A stretch of DNA of 64,000 nt. Origin: Podarcis muralis (taxonomy: Eukaryota). Under the pieces are notes generated by a model. It ran no database searches, was not told where the DNA came from, and saw only the letters and a list, made by a program, of their open reading frames with translations. The stretch lies in the NCBI RefSeq assembly GCF_964188315.1, contig NC_135662.1, positions 73,160,001 to 73,224,000 on the forward strand, written 5' to 3'. Position numbers and translations under genes: made by a program. This document shows, in pieces, positions 25,297 through 35,583 of the stretch (positions are counted from its first letter, which is position 1; each line of letters begins with the position of its first letter).

Positions 25297-26028
25297 TTCT
25301 AATGGCCATTTTTTTTTTTGATGCTCTGAAGTACTAATGGTTAATCCCTCCCAGGTGTCACCTAACAAAGGAGCTTCCCTGAGTTCATCAACACTTGTTG
25401 ATTGACTAGGATTAAGGACTGGTTAACACTTAGGACATTTACATAGGTTAATTAACTCTTCACATGCTAATTACTGATGCTCAGAAGTAGGTACACACAT
25501 TCCAAAATGCATGGGACTTGATTATGTTCTCCAAGTCTGACAGTCTTTACACATAAACACTACTTAAATACCTCAAACTCTTTGCATAACCTCCTTTCTA
25601 ATACACTTTGATACTCCCTTATTGCATATCCTAGTTATAACATGCAAGTTCTAATTTAATCCTAATATTTACTAAACCTAAACGTTTAGCACCGCAGATC
25701 TATTACAATATGATCGTTCGCAGTGTTTGGTTACTGCTAGTGACTGTTGATACAATACTCAGAGTAACTGCTGGATACTGTAAATCTCTATTATTATGTG
25801 CTAAAGTTATATAAAGGTATGGATTTATAATCCAGATACTCTTAGTTTTGTTCTGTCCTAAAGTTCCTTGGCTTCCTTTTCTTTTGCCAACCTTAGCAGA
25901 ATAGAACACTAAGACACCGACATCAATAGTGCAATCTATACATGTTTTATCAGAAGTAAACCCTATGGGGTTGTGCTTGGACTTACTTCCAGATAAATAT
26001 GTTAAATTACTTAAAGGTAATATTACTT

Positions 26029-26390
26029 AAAGGTAAAGGTACCCCTGACCGTTAGGTCCAGTCGTGGATGACTTGGGGGTTGCGGCGCTCATCTCACTCT
26101 ATAGGCCGAGGGAGCCGGTGTTTGTCCACAGACAGCTTCCGGGTCATGTGGCCAGCATGACTAAGCCGCTTCTGGTAAACCAGAGCAGTGCACAGAAACG
26201 CCATTTACCTTCCCGCTGGAGTGGTACCTATTTATCTACTTGTACTTTGACATCCTTTCGAACTGCTAGGTTGGCAGGAGCAGGGACCAAGCAATGGGAG
26301 CTCACCCCGTCACGGGGATTCGAACCGCTGACCCTCTGATTGGCAAGCCCTAGGCTCTGTGGTTTAACCCACAGCACCACCCGTGTCCCT
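26029..26390 (-). mobile_element. Sauria SINE
   Basis: Same family as 24945-25296: AAAGGTAAAGGTACCCC tail through CCACCCGTGTCCC head. Confidence 0.9.
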
Positions 26391-26407
26391 CAGCATTACT
26401 TAGCTAA

Positions 26408-26409
<2 letters not shown>

Positions 26410-26454
<45 letters not shown>

Positions 26455-26912
26455 CATTTATTTGTACCCCGCCCACCTCGACTGGAACCGGGTTCAGAGT
26501 GGCGAACATCATATAAATAACACAATATGCATAAAAACAGGCGTCAATTAATTAAAATACCTTGGCGCAAGGCCTGGCGGAACAGCTCCGTCTTGCAGGC
26601 CCTGCGGAAACATGTCAAATCCGCAGAGCCCTTGTCTCTTGTGGGAGAGCATTCCACCAGGCCGGGGCCATGGCTGAAAAGGCCCTGGCTCTGGTTGAGG
26701 CCAGTCTAATTTCCCTGGACCCGGGATCTTCAGAGTGTTAATGTTTGCAGACCGTAAGGTCCTCCATGGGGCATACCAGAGGAGGAAGTCCCGTAGGTAC
26801 GAGAGTCCTAGGCCTTATAGGGCTTTGAAGGTTAAAACCAGCACCTTAAACCTGATCTTGTACTCCACTGGGAGCCAGTGCAGCTGGTATAGCACTGGGT
26901 GAATGTGATCCC
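26410..26912 (-). mobile_element. L2 LINE 3' end with (AAT)n tail
   Basis: (AAT)n, then TTTGTACCCCGCC, GAGCATTCCACCAGGCCGGGGCC (antisense AP.LWN.LP) and GGGAGCCAGTGCAG (antisense LHWLP). Confidence 0.85.
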
Positions 26913-27869
26913 ACAGCAAGAAGAAAGAAACTTTACTAGTTCCATTTCTGCAGCTCATCTATTGTTTACGCAAAGTAAGTTGCACCTAAATAATGAGGGG
27001 TGGTGATGGCCTGCCCCGTCCTCACAACACCCAGAAGTTCAGCTGTGATAATCACTTTGCTCTTAACTTTCAGCACAGCTCTTATCACTCACCCCAAATT
27101 GTTCTGTGTCAGAGTCATTTGCAATAGTTGCAAACTATCGCAAAACTATTGGTCCATGAAGGAAAAGGTGGGGCCTGGTGATTGAACGCTTTGGCCTTGG
27201 AGTGCAGAGAGCCAGCCAGCATCTAGGCTAAAAATCTGCTACTCATTGTCCCTCATCTGATATGAATCCTTGCCTACAGTGTATTATGATATCAATTATA
27301 CATCTGTGCACGCCATTTATAATTAAAGGGTTTTTTCATGTTAAGACTGGAGCTACAAATCTGTTGAATGTTTATAGCAAAGAGGTACAAAGGCTGCATG
27401 GGCAGAATTTTTTACAAGCTGGTTTAAGACAGGTAAGCCTGCAGAGATTCCCCCCCCCCCCCGCCTCCCCTGTTTAAAATAAGAAGGAACACATTAATGT
27501 GCAGGAGTTAAGAGTGGAAGGATCTCACCTGAAGGCAGATATGCAGTTTGTTAATATTACTTTGCTTTTTTTAAAGGAAAATAGAAAAATGCAAAAGATA
27601 ACAAAATAGTAAATTCTATCCATGTCTCTGCATCTCTCACACAATATTTGGCACATTTGTTTTTGCAGTTTCACAGCATATACATGTTTATGAATCTGGT
27701 AGTCTAATTGGATGCTAATAGGATATACTTAACAAAGAAAGTTAGCACTTGTTTGGTGATAATTTTTTGTACTGTTGCCTACTGTGCAGGAAAAATAATA
27801 ACCTAACTAGATTTGCTGTGAGTGTGTGTAGAAGATAAAGATGATATAGATACAGGCAGTTGCTCCCAC

Positions 27870-27873
<4 letters not shown>

Positions 27874-27901
<28 letters not shown>
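27874..27901. repeat. (TA)n microsatellite, left flank of Penelope-like insertion
   Basis: Direct reading. Confidence 0.95.
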
Positions 27902-27903
<2 letters not shown>

Positions 27904-27947
27904 GTTTTGGTGTCCTCGGGTGTCTTCCCGTGTAAAAGTTGGGGTGT

Positions 27948-27995
27948 CTAGGCGACGTTTCGACGAGGTCTCACTCGTCATCTTCAGGCTGGTGC
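27948..27995 (-). ncRNA. Putative minimal hammerhead ribozyme (mirror copy)
   Basis: Exact reverse complement of 28903-28950. Confidence 0.65.
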
Positions 27996-28902
27996 TTTCG
28001 GCTTCTTGTTATTGGAACAGAGCAGGATCTCAGTGTTTGAGTTCCTATAAATACTGTTGAGGGGTGTGGTGTATAGCCTCCAATGTTCTGGGCCGAGAGG
28101 AAGTTCCCAGGCTAGTGTGCCTTTTCTTCTTTTGTTCCTTAGTTGCTTGAGGGATATCTTGAGTGATTTCTTGAGTGATATCCTGAGTACCACTTAGGTG
28201 GGTCATTAGGTGTGGATTAGTTGCTAAAGCCTTTGTGTCTTGACCTCTTGAACTTTGTGAAGAGTTTTTTCTGAGAAGATGGCTGTAGTTGTGCTCTGGC
28301 TTGGCTTCGTGTATAGGGGCGAGCTGTGGTTTTGTGGCCTGTGCCAGCCAGATCTGTGTAGGGATTGCAGGGGGGTGCAGCATCCGGAGGTGCCATCATG
28401 GTTTTGGCTACTGGATGGTGTCTGTAATTTATCTGTGGAGAGGGTCTGGGTTTGGGTCTGGTGTGGTTGATTGGTGATGGCGTTCTGCCACAAAAACCAT
28501 GATGGCACCTCCGGATGCTGCACCCCCCTGCAATCCCTACACAGATCTGGCTGGCACAGGCCACAAAACCACAGCTCGCCCCTATACACGAAGCCAAGCC
28601 AGAGCACAACTACAGCCATCTTCTCAGAAAAAACTCTTCACAAAGTTCAAGAGGTCAAGACACAAAGGCTTTAGCAACTAATCCACACCTAATGACCCAC
28701 CTAAGTGGTACTCAGGATATCACTCAAGAAATCACTCAAGATATCCCTCAAGCAACTAAGGAACAAAAGAAGAAAAGGCACACTAGCCTGGGAACTTCCT
28801 CTCGGCCCAGAACATTGGAGGCTATACACCACACCCCTCAACAGTATTTATAGGAACTCAAACACTGAGATCCTGCTCTGTTCCAATAACAAGAAGCCGA
28901 AA

Positions 28903-28950
28903 GCACCAGCCTGAAGATGACGAGTGAGACCTCGTCGAAACGTCGCCTAG
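28903..28950 (+). ncRNA. Putative minimal hammerhead ribozyme
   Basis: CTGAAGA(28911-28917)-T-GACGAG-TGAGAC-CTCGTC-GAAAC-GTC: 6-bp stem II, palindromic ACGT stem III, GUC cleavage triplet ending at 28944; stem I is weak (2 clear bp). Confidence 0.65.
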
Positions 28951-29027
28951 ACACCCCAACTTTTACACGGGAAGACACCCGAGGACACCAAAACCTGCAT
29001 ACCTATACCCGTGAAAATCTACGAAAG

Positions 29028-29030
<3 letters not shown>

Positions 29031-29080
<50 letters not shown>
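29031..29080. repeat. (AT)n microsatellite, right flank of Penelope-like insertion
   Basis: Direct reading. Confidence 0.95.
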
Positions 29081-29083
<3 letters not shown>

Positions 29084-29604
29084 TAGACTGCACAGTTTAT
29101 GCATGTGCATCTTTCATATCTTCTGCTTACAGACTTTTCTGAGTGAAGAAAGATCAGTGTAACAGCTTGGTAGTAACAGCTGCAGGGTTTGCAATTGTAC
29201 CCATTTCCCTGTACAATTTCTTCACCTAGTGCTAGAGCCCAAATACAAGCTATGCCCGCAACATCTGCTAGCACCAGCCACAGAAGTAGTTAAGTACCTT
29301 TTGCTGCTATTGGGTCCCTCCAGGCTTTATCTCGGACGCCAGCGAAATGTCAAAAGGGGTTTTGTTTGTTTGTTTGTTTGTTTTAAACAAACTGGCAAAA
29401 CTAGCACTTTGTTACAGGAATATGTTAACTTATAGCTGCCACAGTGAGGTCATTTTCAATTGGAACACATAGTAAACCACTCATTTGTGACATAATTTGG
29501 ACAATTCCATTACAGGCTTGTGTCTGTGAGTGTATTTACATGCAAATATGCACCCTGAGTGTTTTTGCAAAAGTGGATACCCACTGAAAAGTTGTGGCAA
29601 GCAT

Positions 29605-29770
29605 TTTTTAAAAAAATAATTTTTATTAAGTTTTCCATTTTTCCAGTATTACATCATAACAAATAACATAATTCACAATTCTAAAATTTCCCCATCCCCC
29701 GACCCCCCGGACTTCCCTCAACCTCCTTCTCTGGTTTATTTCAAAATAATATCATTTCCTGCATATTTCC
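29605..29770 (-). mobile_element. L1-like 3' UTR-only insertion
   Basis: T-rich left end, TTTATT signal, GACTTCCCTC motif, exact 10-bp TSD TGGCAAGCAT at 29595-29604 and 29771-29780. Confidence 0.65.
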
Positions 29771-29996
29771 TGGCAAGCATCTTTATTGATGGCATCTGGG
29801 GTGGTCATGCAGAAAGCAGATATGGTGATTGAGTGAGCTGCTATTACCTTTAAACTGCCCTGCTGTGATACTGTTTTAAGCAGCTATGGCTTCCCCTAAA
29901 GAATCCTGGGAACTGTAGTTTGTTAAGTGTGCTGAGAGTTGTTAGGACTCCTTGTTCAACTTACAGAGCTACAGTTCCCAGAGTTCACTAGAAGAG

Positions 29997-30270
29997 GTTG
30001 TTGTTGTTTAGTTGTTTAGTCATGTCTGACTCTTCGTGACCCCATGGACCAGAGCACGCTAGGCACCCCGTCCTCCACCGCATCCTGCAGCTTGGTCAAA
30101 CTCATGCTGGTAGCCTCGAGAACACCGTCCAACCATCTTGTCCTCTGTCGTCCCCTTCTCCTTGTACCCTCAATCTTTCCCAACATCAGGGTCTTTTCCA
30201 GGGAGTCTTCTCTTCTCATGAGGTGGCCGAAGTACTGGAGCCTCAGCTTCACGATCTGTCCTTCCAGTGA
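29997..30270 (-). mobile_element. BovB 3' fragment
   Basis: Antisense translation MKLRLQYFGHLMRREDSLEKTLMLGKIEG; (TTG)n tail. Confidence 0.9.
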
Positions 30271-30333
30271 CTGTTAAACCACTCTGGAAATTGTAGCTCT
30301 GTGATGGAATTTTAGGTAGAAGCCATGACTCTA

Positions 30334-30575
30334 CGGTGGTACCTTGGGTTACATACGCTTCAGGTTACATACACTTCAGGTTACAGACTCCGCTAACCCA
30401 GAAATAGTACCTCAGGTTAAGAACTTTGCTTCAGGATGATAACAGAAATTGTGCTCCGGCAGCGTGGCAGCAGCGGGAGGCCCCATTAGCTAAAGTGGTG
30501 CTTCAGGTTAAGAACAGTTTCAGGTTAAGAACGGACCTCCAGAATGCATTAAGCACTTAACCCGAGGTACCACTG
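30334..30575 (+). mobile_element. Tigger-like MITE, family A
   Basis: TA-CGGTGGTACC...GGTACCACTG-TA. Confidence 0.88.
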
Positions 30576-30641
30576 TATAGGTCTTCTTATTCACCCCAAC
30601 ATGTACAGCCCTGGACTCTGTCACTCCCAGCTACAGCAGAC

Positions 30642-30925
30642 CCTACAAGTGTCCCTATTTTCCAGGGACATATCTGATTTAGAAAAGCCATCCCAGTTTC
30701 TGATTTGATCCCAGAATGTCCCACTTTTCTTTAGGACATCCCTATTTTCATTGGAGAAATGTTGGAGGGTATGGAGTTATTTGACTCCTGCGTTTTTGGG
30801 AAGCAATCCTGTACAGGGATGGGTTTTTTATGTTTAATGTTTTGTTATATTTTTATATATGTTGGAAGCTGCCCAGAGTGGCTGTGGCAACCCGATTTTC
30901 AATGAAGAAATGTCGGAGAGAATGT
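30642..30925. mobile_element. hAT-type MITE fused to an L2-like 3' tail (composite)
   Basis: CAGACCCTACAAG start, internal GAGAAATGTTGGAGGGTATGGAGTTA, L2-like TGTTGGAAGCTGCCCAGAGTGGCT, second GAAATGTCGGAGAGAATG end; parallels 45849-46255. Confidence 0.55.
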
Positions 30926-31473
30926 TACAACTTCCTATTTTTGCTTACTTCTAGCCATCTGTATTCCTAAACTAGCTAGCTAATGGGGAATAGACCGTGA
31001 ATCTTAAGTTTTTGAGTACCAAGCAGGGATTGCTGACCTTTATCAAAAATCTTTTAGTTCCCTTTATAATTCCTACAGATGTTTCTTCTGAGCAGGACCT
31101 TATAAATGTTTATAGTTATCTTGTTTTATTTATTGTGTTCTGCGCTGCTTTCTTTTTTCTTGTGTAAATTGCTCAAGAGGCCTTTTGCCCTAGAAAGGCA
31201 GCCAAAAAAGTATTCTAAAGGAAACTTTTAAATAAAGTTCGCTATTATGCATTTATTTAGTAACTATTTCTACTTGCAGCCCATCCTCCACTGAATAATT
31301 GAAGGGTGTGCAACAGAAAATATGGCAGTTAATGTAATTATTAATAGAATTTATTATATTAAAAGTAATAAAATAAAAACAATGAATCAATGACAAAGTT
31401 AGTAAAACAACAGCACAGAACAACAGTGTAGCAGGAGGGAAGGCACCCTCTCAACCCCTGTGATTTTTATTTA

Positions 31474-31828
31474 CAGTGGTACCTCGCAAGACGAATGCCT
31501 CACAAGACAAAAAACTCGCAAGACGAAAGGGTTTTTGGTTTTTTGAGATGCTTCGCAAGACGATTTTCCCTATGGGCTTGCTTCGCAAGACAGAAACGTC
31601 TTGCAAGTTTGTTTCCTTTTTCTTAACACCATTAATACAGTTGCGACTTGACTTCGAGGAGCAACTCATAGCACGCGGTGTGGTAGCCTTTTTTGAGGTT
31701 TTTGAAGACTTTGGTGATTTTTGAAGCTTTTCCAAAACTTTTCCGAAACCGTGCTTCGCAAGACGAGAAAAATCGCAAGACGAAAAAACTCGCGGAATGA
31801 ATTAATTTCGTCTTGCGAGGCACCACTG
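31474..31828. mobile_element. Tigger-like MITE, family B, with iterated CGCAAGACGA motif
   Basis: TA-CAGTGGTACCTCGCAAGACGAA...TTCGTCTTGCGAGGCACCACTG-TA. Confidence 0.85.
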
Positions 31829-32226
31829 TATTTATTTAGGATATATAGTAAAACGCAAGTGTAGGGATGGGCATATATGTCATTTTTCATCCCTCTAAAT
31901 TTATTATTTTTCCAGTCCTATGTTCAGCACTCCACAGTTCCACTTCAGTTTGCAATTATTATTCTTTTAAGGTTCTGATGAAATTTCACCAGTATTTTAC
32001 TGCAAATTTCTCCCAATATACACGTTTGCATGCAACCTTTCCTAATATAATGTTTTTTGTAAAAAAGCTTTTCTTAATATAATGCATTTCTGTTTAATAA
32101 ATGTTGACTCTTCAATAGACGCTAATTCCATCTGCAGAAACCATCTCCTCTTTTGTGTGTGCAGGTTTGAGAGAGAATTCCTGCTATGAGAAGGGAAGGA
32201 GATTTTGTTCTTCTTTTGGCGAAGTA

Positions 32227-32452
32227 CAGTGGTACCTCAGGTTACATATGCTTCAGGTTACAGACTCCGCTAACCCAGAAATAGTGCTTCAGGTCAAGAA
32301 CTTTGCTTCAGGATGAGAACAGAAATTGTGCTCCGGCGGCGTGGCAGCGGCAGGAGGCCCCATTAGCTAAAGTGGTGCTTCAGGTTAAGAACAGTTTCAG
32401 GTTAAGTACGGACCTCCGGAACGAATTAAGTACTTAACCTGAGGTACCACTG
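32227..32452 (+). mobile_element. Tigger-like MITE, family A
   Basis: TIRs and TA flanks. Confidence 0.88.
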
Positions 32453-33046
32453 TACAATAAAGTTTGGGGGTGGTTTTTCTTATCATAATTCTAGATGAAG
32501 TGGCCAGGAGTAAATGCTGTTTTGCATTTGCCAGACTTTCCCATTAAATCAATTTCAGGCTGTGGTGCTGAGAGATACTCCTGAGTCCTCCATGTTCCCC
32601 ACAATATTTAGCCACCATAAGGAGGAGATTGTTTAATTAGAGATGCCTTGCTTAACGTCTGTGTTCAGTCGCATTATCCACCCCACCACCTCTCACTACT
32701 TTTAGTTAGGCTTCTCTGCCACCGGAGAAAATAAAAGAGGATTTCAATCAGTTTCTCCCTTGCCTTGGATTACAGCTGCATTCATTTCAATTTGACATTT
32801 CTTTTATTTCCTGACTGATCTGATTTGAACGCAATCACTCTTGAGCAGGAGCAAGTAAGGAACTGAAAATAGACATCTTGACCTCATCCTCCAGCTATTC
32901 TCTTTGTCCTGTAGCCAGTATCATCTTCCCCCCTCTTCTTTTTATAGTTGTGAAAAACAAATATTCATTTCTCAGAAATGATGAGGTTACTTCAGAAGCT
33001 GTCTAAGCTCAGGGGCAGGGGCAGAGAGAGAGAGGCGACTCTCAAT

Positions 33047-33830
33047 TGTAGAAGCAGATGCCTTAGCCAGGGTTAACCCACCTAATGCCTGCCAGATGTT
33101 GAACCACAATTTCTATGCTTTCTGCGACCGATGGGAAATTGGGTCTACTTCCTGGTGGGGCCTTCTTGCGGTCCAGCCCCCTAGCCACCCCCCTCAGCGA
33201 TGGGGTGGGACAGCATCCCGCATCATGCTGGGGGAGACCCCTGCCACGTCAGGATGTCAGGCGCCAAGGCCAGGGATGATTTAAACCTTGGCGCAAAGGT
33301 TGCGTTATTGGCCTTGCTATGACTTCGGTTGGTCGCCATTGAGGAGCCTGGTAGGACTTTTCCCACTTGGCAAATTGGCACCAGCCACTTGGTTTTTGCG
33401 TACCTCGTAGCAATCGTCACAACTTTGTAAGGTTAGGCGGTTAGGCATTGGAATAGCGATGTGTGACGGAGGGAAGGCGCGGACATTGCCTGTCCCTCCA
33501 TGCTCAAGGGTATTCCGTTAAAGAAATCGGGGGCTGTGGATCTTGCCCGAAGCCCAGGGAGGGGCTAGGGCCATGCCATGACCCCAGCGGGAAATCCAGG
33601 GGGTCTCGAGTTGATCCGCATCGGTGGGGCTCCCCCTGCCAGCGGTTTACCCTTACCAGACTTCTTGCAAGGCGGGCAGGAGTCAGACATAGTCTGTTGA
33701 TGCCAATGCCTAAGCTAATACCGCTCACATTCTGTAACCAATAAAGTTCTGGCCTAAACTTGCTCATTTAACCTAAAAGTTCTGTGTCTTTGTGTTTTAT
33801 TCTCCTGGGGGTGGCTTGGGGGCCTTGACA
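33047..33830 (+). mobile_element. Solo LTR-like element (5' boundary uncertain)
   Basis: AATAAA 33740-33745, ends ...CCTTGACA; homologous in reverse to 11149-11909. Confidence 0.6.
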
Positions 33831-33943
33831 CACAACCTGATTTGGATGTTACCCCATCGGTTACCCCTTCCTCAAGCCCCACCTGCACAAATGTTTTAAG
33901 ACACATTGTTTTAGTGTAGCGTTGTTTCTCCTGAATTTAGCTA

Positions 33944-34185
33944 CAGTGGTACCTTGGGTTAAGTACTTAATTCATTCCGGAGGTCCGTTCTTAACCTGAA
34001 ACTGTTCTTAACCTGAAGCACCACTTTAGCTAATGGGACCTCCTGCTGCTGCCGTGCCGCTGGAGCACAATTTCTGTTCTCATCCTGAAGCAAAGTTCTT
34101 AATCCGAGGTACTATTTCTGGGTTAGTGGAGTCTGTAACCTGAAGCGTATGTAACCTGAGGCGTATGTAACCCAAGGTACTACTG
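33944..34185 (-). mobile_element. Tigger-like MITE, family A (reverse orientation)
   Basis: TIRs and TA flanks. Confidence 0.88.
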
Positions 34186-35266
34186 TATTCCCATTTATTC
34201 CATAAATGTTGTCCTTTACAAGTCTCAAAAAAAAAATTTTTTTTGTTCTCATTCATGCTGCATCATGTGTTTTGCAGTCTATTGAAGACTTCACATTCAT
34301 TCTCCTTTGGATGTGAATAGTGACAGCTGAGAGCTGATCCTTGTGTAAACAAAATGGCATCATCCATGCATGAGAGAGAGATTTCAACAGGCCTGGGGTA
34401 ACCCCAAGGTTTGCAGAAGCAGAAGCACACATGGACACACAAAAAATTGTTTAGAAGGAAAGAAAAACCCTAAAAGAGGGACATAAAATAGTTCAACATG
34501 CTCATTGACCATAGAATGCTAACTACCTGAAGCAGGTAGGGTGAATTGAATAGATTATCCCGAGAAAGGTAATGGTTGGTTGGCTAGAACCCCAAACAGA
34601 AGTGCATTTTGTTGCATGCTCCAGTTGTTCCAAGTATTCCTCTTTTTCAAAACGTGTTTACATTTGTGGCCTTGTTTTTATATTGTATTTTCCACAGTTG
34701 TATACTCCCAATTGATCAGGAAAGGAATGTGATAAATGGAACAAACCTGCTAAGTAAATGAAGGGCATCCCTCGCTAGCCCATCATAATTTCTTTTCTTC
34801 TTCTTTTTTGCACTTACTATTATTCCTACTAAGTTAAAGGGAAAGCAAGAATGCTGAATTGCATTGAGCAAAAGGCCTATAAGCAATATCTGTCCATGTA
34901 CGTGGATAGCAATATGAGATTGCAAACTACAGAAGAAGAGTGTAATTATGGAGCCTGGATAGGACATGAGAATTGGAGAATTAGAGAGAAATAGATTAGA
35001 GACCTGATGAATTATTTGGTTCTAATGTTATTTCCAGAAAATGTGTTTAATATTACTGTCTGCTTGGTTAGGGAAGGAATGACTTATTGGGAGAAAGGCA
35101 AGGATGTTGTCAGCTGGGGTGTGAAAACTCAGGTGACTAGATTGCCTGGTAGCATTATGGATTGTCATTGCCTGGTAGCATTACGGATAAACTGGCTATC
35201 CATATTGACTGAGATAGGACCTGACCAATACATTAATGTGCTACTCCAATCTGTCTCATCACTTCT

Positions 35267-35505
35267 AGAGTCAGTGTGGTGTAGTGGTTAAGAGTGGTAG
35301 TCTCGTAATCTGGAGAACCGGGTTCGCGTCTCCGCTCCTCCACATGCAGCTGCTGGGTGACCTTGGGCCAGTCACATTTCTTTGAAGTCTCTCAGCCTCA
35401 CTCACCTCACAGAGTGTTTGTTGTGGGGGAGGAAGGGAAAGGAGAATGTTAGCCGCTTTGAGACTCCTTCGGGTAGTGATAAAGCGGGATATCAAATCCA
35501 AACTA
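35267..35505 (+). mobile_element. Squam3-like SINE
   Basis: A-box-like TGGTGTAGTGG, B-box-like GGTTCGCGTC, MIR-like core; near-identical to the reverse of 1-235. Confidence 0.8.
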
Positions 35506-35583
35506 CTCCTCCTCCTCCTCCTCCTCCTCCTCCTCCTCCTCCTCCTCTTCTTCTTCTTCTTCTTCTTCTTCTTCTTCTTCTTC
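35506..35583. repeat. (CCT)n(CTT)n homopyrimidine microsatellite at SINE tail
   Basis: Direct reading. Confidence 0.95.

Larger units (their letters stand above)
27902..29030. mobile_element. Penelope-like (Poseidon-type) element fragment arranged as a long inverted repeat
   Basis: Arms 27902-28405 and 28493-28996 are reverse complements; mirror ORFs in the track translate identically (28045-28383 vs 28515-28853). 87-bp spacer, extra 34-bp tail 28997-29030, hammerhead motif in each arm, (TA)n on both sides. Confidence 0.82.

Noticed and set aside
28045-28853. Duplicated ORFs with identical translations on both strands, as if a paralogous gene pair
   Set aside because: They are mirror images caused by the palindrome, low-complexity and without recognisable domains.
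31474-31828. Repeated short motif resembling a CRISPR array
   Set aside because: Eukaryotic DNA, irregular spacing, mixed orientation, no cas genes, and bounded by TIRs and TA: a MITE.
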